Positions 19,384 through 31,312 of a DNA stretch of 64,000 bases are shown one piece after another. Numbering within the stretch: the first letter of the stretch is position 1; each line of letters begins with the position of its first letter. Source of the DNA: Candidatus Latescibacterota bacterium (GTDB lineage Bacteria; Latescibacterota; UBA2968; GCA-2709665); NCBI GenBank assembly GCA_965116875.1, contig OZ220733.1, forward strand, positions 2,496,001 through 2,560,000, given 5' to 3'. Under the pieces are notes generated by a model that saw only the letters and a program-made list of their open reading frames with translations, was not told where the DNA came from and did no database searches. The position numbers were made by a program, and so were the translations under genes.

Positions 19384-21130
19384 GACCCGTCTCCGGAACT
19401 TTCACGTGGACGGTCAGGATGTCCGTGTCGTGGAACTGCTGGTGGCGGACGGAGGACGCGATATGCCGCAACAGCCGTAGCGAGACTTCCCGCTCCATCA
19501 GCACGTCATCGGGCCGGTCCGCAAGCAATCCGATCCGGTCCTGGACGTTCTCCTCGCCAGCCGCGGCAATGAACTCGAGGACAGCTCCGCCGCTCTCCTT
19601 TTGCGCCTTCAGCAGCAGGCGCCGCTGTTCGGGTTCATCACGACCTTCGTCCTGTCCGATCAGCGTGAGCAACGTCTCTTCGCTGGCAGCCTCGAGACGG
19701 TCGACCATATCCGCGCCCCAGCCGTTGCGGGATGCGAACACACCGAGGAAATCTCTGATCTTCGGGAGTACGGAAAGATCGAGTTCCGTTTCGATCCGGC
19801 CGCGGCGCGACCCCGTGACTTCCAGAAACAGGGTCATGAGGATCGCCGTGATACCGCCGGCCGTGATGCCGTTGCTCAGCAGGCCGCCCCCCAACTCATC
19901 GAGAATCTCGGGAAACAGGAGGTCGTTCTGGCAGCCGACGCCGACCCAGAAGGCGACGCCCGTGATCAGCGCTTTGCGGTGATCGATCCCGCCCTGCACC
20001 ACTTCCGTCATCCCGCGGACGAAGGTCATCGCCAGCACGACGGTCAGATAAGCGACGACGACCGGGCTGGGTATCGCCAGTATCATCGCAAGGACCCTGG
20101 GCAGGAACGCAAGCACGATCAGCACGCCAGCCGCGACGAATCCCACCCGGCGGGCCGCGACACCCGTCAGTTCGACCGTAGGAACGCTGACTCCGATGGT
20201 CTGGGTCGGCACAATTCCCGTGACGCCTGACAGCAGTTTGCCGATGCCGTCCGCCGTAACGGCGCCCTCCACGGCCCGGTAGTCCACGGCCCGCGGCCGG
20301 CGCCATGATACGCGCTGGATGGCGACCGCCCCGGTGATCGTCTGGATAGCGCCGATGAGGGACACGAACGCAAAGGCGGGCAGGAGTTCCACGAAGGCCG
20401 GACCGAAGTCGAGCCCGATTCCCGGCCAGCCGCCCTGTGGCAAGCCGATCCACGGAGCCCGGGCAATCAGGGCATGGTCATAGAGACCCATCGATCCGCC
20501 GACAACGGATCCCGCGATCACCCCGATGAGCGGAGCCCACAAACGCAGCGTTGCCCCTGCCTTCAACGAGATGCCGCCGATGACCAGGCCTGTCGCCACC
20601 GCGGTGAGCGGCGAACTGAGAGCCGTTTCGGGAGGCGCATCGGCCAGGCGACTGAATACAACCGGAAGCACGGTCGCAGGGATCAGCATGTTCACCGTGC
20701 CGACGATGGTTGGTGTCAGAAGTCGCCTGAACAGGGCCAGACGCATCGAAATCACGATCGGGACGAGCGACGATGCCACGACCAGAGTGGCGAGCAGCGG
20801 TGGCCCGCCCTCGCTGAGCGCGCTGACGCAGACCCCGATGAAGGCTCCGGCGGGGCCCATGAAGAGCAGGTATCCTGCTCCGACCCGGCTCAGCCTGAGC
20901 GCTTGAAGAGCCGTGCAGACGCCACTGACGGCGACTGCGCCGAACACGGCCCAGGACAGGTACGCTTCGGTTCCGCCGCCGACCCGAATGATGATCGTGG
21001 GGATGAAGATGATGCTGGTGATGCCGAGAACGACCAGCTGCAGGCCGCTGCCCAGAGAGACAAGCGCCGGAGGATTCTCGTGGGGTTCGTATTGAACGTT
21101 GGAAGCGCTTTGCTCGTTGCCGCTGCTCAC
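19370..21130 (-). CDS. NCS2 (xanthine/uracil) family permease with C-terminal degenerate HATPase/RsbW-like domain
   Basis: YEPHENPP..GLQ, many TM helices, ADGIG...TGVAARRVG NCS2 signature; soluble ~145-aa tail. Confidence 0.85.
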   Translation of the reverse strand: MSSGNEQSASNVQYEPHENPPALVSLGSGLQLVVLGITSIIFIPTIIIRVGGGTEAYLSWAVFGAVAVSGVCTALQALRLSRVGAGYLLFMGPAGAFIGVCVSALSEGGPPLLATLVVASSLVPIVISMRLALFRRLLTPTIVGTVNMLIPATVLPVVFSRLADAPPETALSSPLTAVATGLVIGGISLKAGATLRLWAPLIGVIAGSVVGGSMGLYDHALIARAPWIGLPQGGWPGIGLDFGPAFVELLPAFAFVSLIGAIQTITGAVAIQRVSWRRPRAVDYRAVEGAVTADGIGKLLSGVTGIVPTQTIGVSVPTVELTGVAARRVGFVAAGVLIVLAFLPRVLAMILAIPSPVVVAYLTVVLAMTFVRGMTEVVQGGIDHRKALITGVAFWVGVGCQNDLLFPEILDELGGGLLSNGITAGGITAILMTLFLEVTGSRRGRIETELDLSVLPKIRDFLGVFASRNGWGADMVDRLEAASEETLLTLIGQDEGRDEPEQRRLLLKAQKESGGAVLEFIAAAGEENVQDRIGLLADRPDDVLMEREVSLRLLRHIASSVRHQQFHDTDILTVHVKVPETGRGSP

Positions 21131-21144
21131 GAGTCTGCCCTTAC

Positions 21145-21220
21145 CAGCACGTTGAAAAAGTCCATCCGGGCTGCCAAGACTTCACTGGCAGGCCTGCAGA
21201 GCGACTTTCTCAACGGACTG
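21145..21220. mobile_element. 76-bp MITE with IS-like terminal inverted repeats and 4-bp TTAC target duplication
   Basis: TTAC-CAGCACGTTGAAAAAGTC...GACTTTCTCAACGGACTG-TTAC; the left end recurs at ~62225-62254. Confidence 0.7.
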
Positions 21221-21249
21221 TTACAGTGTTGGGCGGTCCGGAAACGGGC

Positions 21250-21549
21250 TCAGGCAGGTCGACCCGTCAGCCAGTTCCATGGGCGGACGTGGGACTCGGC
21301 AAAGATGCCCGCCTGGGCATAGGGGCTGCCGGCGACAAATGCCTGGGCCGCCTCGAGCGAGGGAGCTTCGAGTACGAGGACCAAACCGGTAACGGACTGT
21401 TCATTTTCGCTGAGTGTCTGCCCGCCATGATGAACGGTCACGTCCGGATGTTGGGCATGATCGTGAAGGTAAGCGGCGAATGAATCCTGCAGTTGAGACC
21501 TTTCCTGTCCCTTTTCTGCCTTGTGAGTCGCGAACACGACGCAATACAT
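21250..21549 (-). CDS. YciI family protein
   Basis: 99 aa from MYCVVF; GLVLVLEAPSLEAAQAFVAGSPYAQAGIF..VRPW. Confidence 0.8.
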   Translation of the reverse strand: MYCVVFATHKAEKGQERSQLQDSFAAYLHDHAQHPDVTVHHGGQTLSENEQSVTGLVLVLEAPSLEAAQAFVAGSPYAQAGIFAESHVRPWNWLTGRPA

Positions 21550-21919
21550 AGGACTCCCTCCGTTTGCTGCCGGGATGCGCGCAGGACCGCCCGGATTTGC
21601 GGAAGCGCGGGCAGCCGGCAGTCGATCGCTTGAGTTGCGGGAACGTACGGATTCTCCACGTTTCGGCGCCCGGTCGTCCCAATAACGTCTGTGATGCAAC
21701 TGACACAAATCCGAACGCCGATAATGGAGGTTTCGTATTAGATATTATAAGGGAATTGTTGCCGATGGCAACCCTGAGGTCCATCCCGGTACGACGAGGC
21801 AGAATGTGGGCGGGCCTGGCAGGAAGCCCCAGGATGTGGGATCAGACTCGGAGGTGAAGTTGTCTCAGTCGATATCGGCATGCAGGGTCCGGCGCTGGCG
21901 TCGTATAGACGCCCACGGA

Positions 21920-22819
21920 CTACCTTGATCCATTGATGTCGTATCTTGACACGAAATTCCAGATCAGCGCGCCTGTATTGGCACCGTCGTAGCTGATGTC
22001 GAACCAGACATGACCTCCGTTGATCACCTTGTAATGCTCAACGGAGGTATTCTTGTCTCCATTCGAGTAGGAATGGCGTTCAATCGTTGTCGCGCCGTCG
22101 GTGATGCGATTCACCGTGGGAGTTGCGCCGGTATTGTTGTAATCCGTCCAGTACGCGAGCACGTCGTCGGTCGACTTCAGTCCCACGGCCCCGCCATACG
22201 GGACAATGGCGTCCGATGTGCCGTGGATATTGATCATGGCGGTAGGGTGTGACGGGTTACAGTTGTTGTATGTTTCCTCCATCATCGTTCCTGCAACGGA
22301 ACCGATCGCCGCGATTTTGTCACTGTGGTAGCAGGCGAGCGCGTACGTGAAGAAAGCGCCGTTCGAGTAACCGCAGGAATACACTCGTTCCGGGTCGATC
22401 CTGTAATGGGAAGAGATCTCGTCGATCAGCGCTTCCACGAAGCCAAAGTCATCCGCATCGCTCTTGTTGGCATCTGATTTCAGACCCGCATTCCAGTGCG
22501 GATCACCATCCAGCAGCGTGCCTTGAGGATAAACCAGTATGAAATTGTCCGATTCCGCCTGAGGCCGCATGTCCGCGAATCTCAGATACCGGTCCGCCCG
22601 CTGACCGAATCCATGAAAGTTGAGCATCAGCGGGACGCTCGCATCTCCGCCGTAAGAGTCCGGCACATACACGATATATTCTCTTGTTATGCCGCTATGG
22701 GAAAGTGTTCGCGTGAACAGACCCGATGAATCCGGCGCATCGAGCGGCACGTCGTCGTCTCCCGAACACGAAAACAGGAATGACATCGCCGCAATGGATA
22801 TAAAAAAAAGCCTTATCAT
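21920..22819 (-). CDS. PHB-depolymerase/LpqP-like esterase lipoprotein
   Basis: Lipobox FLFSC, LNFHG, GYSNG nucleophile, HGTSD, GGHVW. Confidence 0.85.
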   Translation of the reverse strand: MIRLFFISIAAMSFLFSCSGDDDVPLDAPDSSGLFTRTLSHSGITREYIVYVPDSYGGDASVPLMLNFHGFGQRADRYLRFADMRPQAESDNFILVYPQGTLLDGDPHWNAGLKSDANKSDADDFGFVEALIDEISSHYRIDPERVYSCGYSNGAFFTYALACYHSDKIAAIGSVAGTMMEETYNNCNPSHPTAMINIHGTSDAIVPYGGAVGLKSTDDVLAYWTDYNNTGATPTVNRITDGATTIERHSYSNGDKNTSVEHYKVINGGHVWFDISYDGANTGALIWNFVSRYDINGSR

Positions 22820-22901
22820 CAAGGCGGTCCCAATGTTCTTGTCGTTAAAACATCTCTCCGCCTCTCTTCGCTCTAAAGAGCCGGGGTGAGAGGTCGCGAA
22901 C

Positions 22902-22987
22902 AGGCGGTAAGACGGTAGAGGGTAGACGGGAGAGGAAATCTTCGCCCGGTAAATTCCCCCTCCTTGCCTTCGGCACGAAAAGAATCC
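22902..22987 (+). repeat. ~86-bp intergenic repeat; inverted copy at 60230-60315
   Basis: AGGCGGTAAGACGGTAGAGGGTAGACGGGAGA...GCCCGGTAA...CCTTGCCTTCGGCAC matches the reverse complement of 60230-60315. Confidence 0.7.
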
Positions 22988-23013
22988 TCGCAAGGCAGGC
23001 AATCTCTCCCGTC

Positions 23014-23493
23014 TCACGACTCGCGTCTTCCCGCTTTTGGCTGAAGGATGGCCTCGATCGAGGTCAGCAGCGTCTTCCACCCCTGCTCTGCACGCTCCGT
23101 GTACTTCGCGAAGGCCGTAGGCATCCTATGGGTGAGCCTCGCCGAGCAACCAGTCGCTTGAGGAGTGATCTCGATCTTGACAACCGATGATCCCTCCTTT
23201 TCCGACAATTCCCTTGTAAACCAGGTACACTGGATGACCGAGGGGCGCTCCAGGGTCAGGTACGTGCCCCAATGCCGCATCTCTTCGCCATCACGCATGT
23301 CGCTGAACAGGAAGGCGCCGCCGGGACGAGGATCGATCTCGATTCGAACGATCTTTCCGGAAAGGCCGAACGTGACCAGGGCATGGCTCATCCACCTCCG
23401 GACTTTCTGAGGGTTGATCCACGCATCGTAGACCTCGTCCGCCGTCGCAAGCCGGAAGTGATGGTCCGCACTGACTTCGACCGCATCACTCAT
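23014..23493 (-). CDS. SRPBCC/AHSA1 domain protein
   Basis: VYDAWINPQKVRRW, DPRPGG, GTYLTLERP, GWKTLL. Confidence 0.85.
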   Translation of the reverse strand: MSDAVEVSADHHFRLATADEVYDAWINPQKVRRWMSHALVTFGLSGKIVRIEIDPRPGGAFLFSDMRDGEEMRHWGTYLTLERPSVIQCTWFTRELSEKEGSSVVKIEITPQATGCSARLTHRMPTAFAKYTERAEQGWKTLLTSIEAILQPKAGRRES

Positions 23494-23648
23494 TTTTGCA
23501 CTCCGTCCCCTTGAATCTGCGTCGTGGGGTAGCGCCGCATTGAGGGGATCGGTTCAGTTGACGAAAACCGTCGACGCTCTCGGGTTTTACAATTATTCGA
23601 CGCAGCGGTCCAGCGGGGTAAACAGCGAACAGATGAGCCTCGACTTCA

Positions 23649-24080
23649 TCAGAAAACCCTTTCCCCGGGAAGGGCGGCGGCCTGCTCGACCCAACTCGCC
23701 AACTGCTCTTCGTCGAGGCCGTCATCCTCGTGAATATGGAGGTAGCGGACGTTTGGTACCTTCGACGCCTTTGGGGGCAGGGGCCTTAGCTGCCCGCCGT
23801 TCAGGAAGGTCACCTGCACGTAGCGCGTGTAGCAGTAGAACGCGAGAAACCAGCCCTGTCCTTCGATCCCGTAGAATGGCGTGTTCCAACGCACCGCTTT
23901 CCGGATGCGTGGCACGCGCGCATCCACCAGTGCGTCCAGCCGTTTCCCGATCGCCTGTTTCCACCCGGGCATGGCCGCGATATATGCCTGGACCGGGCCG
24001 TCCCCATCCCCTCTGGGGATGTAGGGGTTACCCCCGGCGTTTCTCCTGGGCGCCGTCATTCCTTGCGCCTTCGGCGTCAT
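23649..24080 (-). CDS. DUF1801 (YdhG-like) protein
   Basis: GPVQAYIAAMPGWK, KAVRWNTPFYG, AALPG; start re-set to the ATGA overlap at 24080. Confidence 0.85.
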   Translation of the reverse strand: MTPKAQGMTAPRRNAGGNPYIPRGDGDGPVQAYIAAMPGWKQAIGKRLDALVDARVPRIRKAVRWNTPFYGIEGQGWFLAFYCYTRYVQVTFLNGGQLRPLPPKASKVPNVRYLHIHEDDGLDEEQLASWVEQAAALPGERVF

Positions 24081-24580
24081 CCGTCGCCACTTTCCTCTAC
24101 CGATGACGGCTGCGGTGAACAGGAATGAGACACGTGGGCCTCCGGATTGCGATCCGCCACCAGATTCAGGGCGATTCCGTGCTCCAACCATGCCTTGAGC
24201 GCGGCGAGGACGAGAGAGAAGCCGCCCATGGAGTCGAGCGCCATCCCGACAACCTCTTCATCGGTTCCCTGGAACCCGGTGTTGGTGATCTGAACGAGGG
24301 TGGCTTCCGCTTCCAGTGAAGTGAACTGCCACTCGACCGTCGTCGGCGGATCGTCCCATTCGATGAGAATTCTGGAGGGCTGTTCGATCGCCTTGACGTG
24401 GACGTCCGCGGAGACGCCGTACATCTCCCATTCCCACGTCACCTTCGCGACCGGCTCCAGCCTGCCACTGCTCCCTGTGAACCAGAATCGCGTGGTGACG
24501 GCGGGGTCCACGAACGCGTTGAACACTTCGTCGACCGGCCGCCGGACGAGCATCTGCGTTTGAACCGTTGGATCGATCAC
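24077..24580 (-). CDS. SRPBCC family protein (YndB-like)
   Basis: MLVRRPVDEVFNAFVDPAVTTRFWFT...LKAWLEHGIALNLV; GTG start at 24580. Confidence 0.85.
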   Translation of the reverse strand: MIDPTVQTQMLVRRPVDEVFNAFVDPAVTTRFWFTGSSGRLEPVAKVTWEWEMYGVSADVHVKAIEQPSRILIEWDDPPTTVEWQFTSLEAEATLVQITNTGFQGTDEEVVGMALDSMGGFSLVLAALKAWLEHGIALNLVADRNPEAHVSHSCSPQPSSVEESGDG

Positions 24581-24612
24581 CCTGACCCCCAGGGGTTGCC
24601 ACCCGGGAAAGA

Positions 24613-25089
24613 CTACCGGCCTGAATCGCGCAGCGCCTTGAGTACGGCCGATCCGTGCCCCGCGGCTCGGGCCCGTTTCCAGACCTTGATCAGCACTCCA
24701 TCCGGGCCGATGATGAACGTTGACCGCGTCATCCCCTCGAACCGGCGCCCGTACAGGACCTTCTCGCCCCAGGCGCCATAGCGCGTGGAGACCCCGGCGT
24801 CCGCATCCACCAGCAACGGAAACGGCAGACGCTGGCTTTCGCGGAAATCCCGGTGCGAATCGGCATCGTCTCGCGAAACGCCGAGAACAACGGCGCCCTC
24901 GGCCAGGATTTCGGCATGATGGTCCCGCAGGGAGCAGGCCTGAATCGTGCAACCCGGCGTGTTATCGCGCGGATAGAAGTAGAGGACGACCGTCCGGCCC
25001 CGGTATCCGGCCAGCGAATGGATGTTGCCGTCCTCGTCGGCGAGTGAAAAATCCGGGGCGGCGTCACCGGCCCCCAGCGTGATCGGCAT
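24613..25089 (-). CDS. bcp: Thioredoxin-dependent thiol peroxidase (Bcp/PrxQ)
   Basis: YFYPRDNTPGCTIQAC, RSTFIIG. Confidence 0.9.
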   Translation of the reverse strand: MPITLGAGDAAPDFSLADEDGNIHSLAGYRGRTVVLYFYPRDNTPGCTIQACSLRDHHAEILAEGAVVLGVSRDDADSHRDFRESQRLPFPLLVDADAGVSTRYGAWGEKVLYGRRFEGMTRSTFIIGPDGVLIKVWKRARAAGHGSAVLKALRDSGR

Positions 25090-25143
25090 CGCGATTCCTT
25101 TCTTCCGCTACATCAATTGCACCGCTGTGGGCGTCCGACGAGA

Positions 25144-27390
<2,247 letters not shown>

Positions 27391-27649
27391 TCACACAATT
27401 GCGGAGGTCCGGCTCGTCCACCATGCGTAGCCGTAGTACTAATAGCGGGGCCGATGGCCGTGGATGCTGCGCCTTAGTTCCTGAAGCTGGGCATCTGATT
27501 TCTTGCTGGATTAGTACAAAGATAAACGCCCGTACGCAGGTCCGAACATTATCACCATGACACCGCTACAGGCATTCGAGAATACTCTACAAGCGTTGAG
27601 CAAGTTGGAAGCAGCAGCAGAAACGTGGCCCAAGCAACTATCCTTGTGT

Positions 27650-28215
27650 AGCGAGCCCTATTAACGCTCTCTACCACCTGCGTCTTGACCTGCTTTGTCT
27701 CCCGGTCTTTAGCGCCTACCACCGGGGTCTTGCCCACCGTACCACGACCGGCATGCAGCTTCTTTTTGGCATGCTTGTTGCCTTCCTTGCGGCCAATATA
27801 GGTTTCGTTAATTTCGATCGGTCTGGTAAGAAGACTACCAGGACTCGAAAGCGCTTCCCGAATCCGGTGAGTCATGAACCATGCCGTCTTCTGCGTTACA
27901 CGAAGACGCCTGTGAAGATGCATGCTTGAGACGCCCTTGATGCTGGTAGCGCAGATGTAAACAACATACCCCCACTTTCTGAGAGAAACCTTAGACCTCT
28001 GCAAGACTGTACCGGTACGAACCGAGAAAAATTCTCAGCAATTCTCGCAACGGAAAGGCATGGGCTTGCCGTTTTCGACAACCACTGTCTCTCCATGATT
28101 ACATCGTTGACAGGGACGTTTTCCGTCCGGCCAGCGCTGCTCAGCGAACCAGTCTGCGGCGGTTTTTTCATCAGGAAACATCTCGGCCAGCTCAATGTCG
28201 CTGATGCCGAGTCTA
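27650..28215 (-). pseudogene. Degenerate IS1595-family transposase
   Basis: Zn ribbon CQRC..CENC, in-frame TGA at 28035-28037, KGVSSMHLHR..TQKTAWFM.HRIREA, EINETYIG (catalytic D replaced by N), 3' truncated. Confidence 0.85.
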
Positions 28216-28280
28216 CAGGCTTATGGGTTCTCGGGAACTAAATCATTCATAAGCGCGTTACTCCTGCTTGTGACGCGTCT

Positions 28281-29258
28281 CTAGTCTGACCTGCCGTCGG
28301 TTTTAGTCCGGTATTTTCTCGGGCGGGCGGCGATCTCGGCCGCTTCCTTTGCCAAGGCTGCGCTTTTCGACGCGAGCAGATGGGACACACTTGCGGCCGC
28401 GACGTTACTCATGGCCTCTTCCGTGGCTTTGACAGTCAGGCGGGCGGCGGTTTCGGCCCGTATGGAATTGCCCTCCCTGGCAGCGCTCTGCGCCCGTTCC
28501 GCCTCAAGACGTGCGGCATCCGCGGCTTTGCGGGCCTTGCGGGCGCATTCGGAGGCGCCCGTGCTGGCAGTTGCCGCCGAGAGCGCAGACTCAAGAGCAG
28601 AATGCGCCAGTGCTGATATTTCTTCGCCCGTCTCGCTGGCGAAATCCGTAGCGGCTTTGTATTTCTTGTACGCGGCGGTCGCGCGGTCGGCCAGGTATTG
28701 CCCCCATGCGGCGGCGTTGTATGTGCGCCCGTCGGCATGGTATTTCTTGAACTCGGCGTTGTACTTATCGACGTCGATGCGATATTTCGTAATAGCAACG
28801 TCTCTCTTGGCATAGTATTCCTCCGAGGAGGCGGCGCTGGCGGCGCGAAATTCCTCCAGTGCGGCACCACCAGGGTCGCTGGCGGCCCAGTACTTTGCCC
28901 TGGCGTGGGCGTATTTTTTGGCCCGGTATTCCGACGCGGCGTCTGTTTCGGCATTGTATTTCGCCCAGGCTGAGGACTTCTTGTATTCTGCCCGTGCATC
29001 CTCTACAAAATCAAAGCCGTCGTCCAACGCCCTCATATAGGCACGGGCCGCCTCTTCAGCGGCGGACGAATGCCTACTGGCGTCCTCGGCGTAGGGCACT
29101 GCGTCCTCCGCCAAGTCCTGCGCCGCCAGTGCGGCGCTGTCCGCCCTGGCAGCATATCGGGTGGCCACTTCCGCCGCGGCATTGGCGGCTTTCTGCGCTT
29201 CACTCTGGCAGGATAGGACCAACGCCGCGGCAGGTAATGCCAATGCGATCCGTTTCAT
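28281..29258 (-). CDS. Ala-rich coiled-coil lipoprotein of unknown function
   Basis: MKRIALALPAAALVLSC lipobox; Ala-rich helical body with an (A/K)KY-rich central quasi-repeat. Confidence 0.65.
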   Translation of the reverse strand: MKRIALALPAAALVLSCQSEAQKAANAAAEVATRYAARADSAALAAQDLAEDAVPYAEDASRHSSAAEEAARAYMRALDDGFDFVEDARAEYKKSSAWAKYNAETDAASEYRAKKYAHARAKYWAASDPGGAALEEFRAASAASSEEYYAKRDVAITKYRIDVDKYNAEFKKYHADGRTYNAAAWGQYLADRATAAYKKYKAATDFASETGEEISALAHSALESALSAATASTGASECARKARKAADAARLEAERAQSAAREGNSIRAETAARLTVKATEEAMSNVAAASVSHLLASKSAALAKEAAEIAARPRKYRTKTDGRSD

Positions 29259-29481
29259 TTTCCCTCGCTTTCTCCAGTCCATACTTTCTCCGTTGATTTC
29301 TTCTGGTCGTGCAATCGAATGGAGCTCGTTTAGACCATATCCCATAATCGCGAAACGTATTTCTCAAATTGCATATTGCCGCCATCCGCGAGTTATATTT
29401 TTTGCAAGTGGATAAATCATCCCCATTTTCACGCCCCAAAAATTCATCTGTGGAACAGCCTGAATCCGCCGCTTAGCACGC

Positions 29482-30546
29482 CTACTCTGACTTGTCATAT
29501 TCCTCGGCTTCGGTCTTACCCTGCGTTTGGGCTGGCTCGACTTCTGGAAGCCGGCATTCTCTCCAAGGCCGCTGAATGTATTCGCAATACTGTCGTGCGC
29601 TAAAGGAAACGCAGTCTGGCCATGCGCACTTGGTTTTTCCTTTTTCAGTCGTCTTGAACGGGATACACATCAGGTCCCCGTCGACGTCTCCGAACATCTT
29701 GATCAGATAGAACTCCTGAGGATGATGGTAGAGGTACACTTTGTGGCATTTTAGTAGGTTCTCTACCTGCGATATCCAGCCAGGAAATGCATCTATGAAG
29801 AAGCGGTAGTCGGTCTCGTTACCCAAAGGGTTCTCTGCATGAAGAATGTTGCCCAGCCGTCCGTATATCTTGATCAGTTTGTTTTCGCTGAGGTAACTGC
29901 CCTTCAGTTCTGCTGGTTCCTCACTTGCTGCGCTTTCCTGTAAGGCTACGGGCTTCGGGTAAAAATCTGGATGGAGGCGATTCAATTCCTTGAGCTTTTT
30001 GTTTATGTCTTGGGAGCTCCGCAACTCCTTTTTCGACTTCTTCCAGGCATCCTTGTTGGACACCAAGGAACTGAACACGATGAGCTCCAGAATCATCCTG
30101 AGTTGGAGGCAGATCGACTCGACACGGGTTTGAATCCTGATTTCGGATATTTCCAACAATTGTTTGATCGATTCGACTCTGGACTTGACCTCTTCCATAA
30201 GATCGCAGTACTGAGCGATATCCAGTCCTTCTGCCTGCTTGATCGTCCATTCGCAATTAAGGCAAACTATGTTCCAGCCCCATTCGACAGGGCTATCCCC
30301 CTCAAGTTGCAGCGCGTCTTCTCCACACGCCGGACAGATTGAGTATTGGTGACCATCCACCCCCTTTACCGATCTATCTCCGTATAAATCCGGGCTCATC
30401 ATTGCATTACCGAACTTGGGAATCTCTCCGCAATCGGGGCAGGGCTCGGTAGGTTGGATCCCGTACAACATGAATGCCAGAGCTTCCTCCCGATGGCCGT
30501 GCGGGCATTTTCCCAGATTTCCCGATTCCTTCTGATCGGCAGACAT
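29482..30546 (-). CDS. Zn-ribbon + HEPN-like domain protein
   Basis: N-terminal CPHG/CPDC/CPAC/CLNC; helical core CLQLRMILEL...YPKP...YGRLGNILHAENP (R-x5-H); Cys-rich C-terminus. Confidence 0.6.
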   Translation of the reverse strand: MSADQKESGNLGKCPHGHREEALAFMLYGIQPTEPCPDCGEIPKFGNAMMSPDLYGDRSVKGVDGHQYSICPACGEDALQLEGDSPVEWGWNIVCLNCEWTIKQAEGLDIAQYCDLMEEVKSRVESIKQLLEISEIRIQTRVESICLQLRMILELIVFSSLVSNKDAWKKSKKELRSSQDINKKLKELNRLHPDFYPKPVALQESAASEEPAELKGSYLSENKLIKIYGRLGNILHAENPLGNETDYRFFIDAFPGWISQVENLLKCHKVYLYHHPQEFYLIKMFGDVDGDLMCIPFKTTEKGKTKCAWPDCVSFSARQYCEYIQRPWRECRLPEVEPAQTQGKTEAEEYDKSE

Positions 30547-31312
30547 AATCGAGACTTTCTCGCAAATTCAAAGCCCCATGCACAGTTCGATGTTTTCGAT
30601 GCTCCTGCTGGTAAGTCGAAGACTCTCGCTGGCACGTACGAACTGATGCTTCTCGTCCTCTACTGTTACAACTTCCCCGGCTTTAGGTCTTCCGTAATGC
30701 GATTCGCTATCGACTAACAGACACTTCCGTAGATGTCGGCGTCGCCGGTCTTGAGAAGCTCTTCAAGGGGCTGGATTTGTGACGCATTTCGCCTGGGCCG
30801 GTGTGATTCGTCTTTGGCCAATTCATACCCACGGATTGCGTATTTATCTGTCTCTCAGATTCAGCGTCCGTCGTTCTATGTAGCCGGACGTAAACACCTG
30901 AGTTTACTGTACCAATCCTGCCATTCCGAGTGCGTTCTGGACTCACGAATGCCATCTACTGACTATAATCTACCAAGATTGGCATTGACAATAGCGACCG
31001 CATTAAAGCTCGTCTTACATGATAGCCATCTCCCTCGCGCTCGCTCATTCAGTCTTGCGTCGGCCTTGTCGATCGTGTACGACTAGGTGTTGAATTCCGT
31101 CCCGTACAGAAGCGTGGCTACCGTCTTGCGGTGAACCGATGCAAGCAGGTAGCCACGTCTCCGTTTCAACGGTAAACATTCCTGCGTGTAGCTTATCGTA
31201 CAACAAAACATCAAGATCAGCAGTCTCAACTTAACAGGCCGAGCGGCCGTTCTGTGGACAAGCCTACGCCCAAATGAAGCCGACTATCGGCGGAAGCGAC
31301 TGACCAGAAGGG

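Noticed and set aside
28035-28037. In-frame TGA after CENC in the IS1595 transposase as selenocysteine
   Set aside because: The position is normally Arg/Lys (CxxCRxxFSV); the gene also has a DDE Asp>Asn change and is truncated
27511-29425. Candidate IS1595 terminal repeats enclosing the lipoprotein as cargo
   Set aside because: The two end-like sequences (~27511-27530 and ~29403-29425) read in the same orientation and match poorly, so they are not an inverted pair
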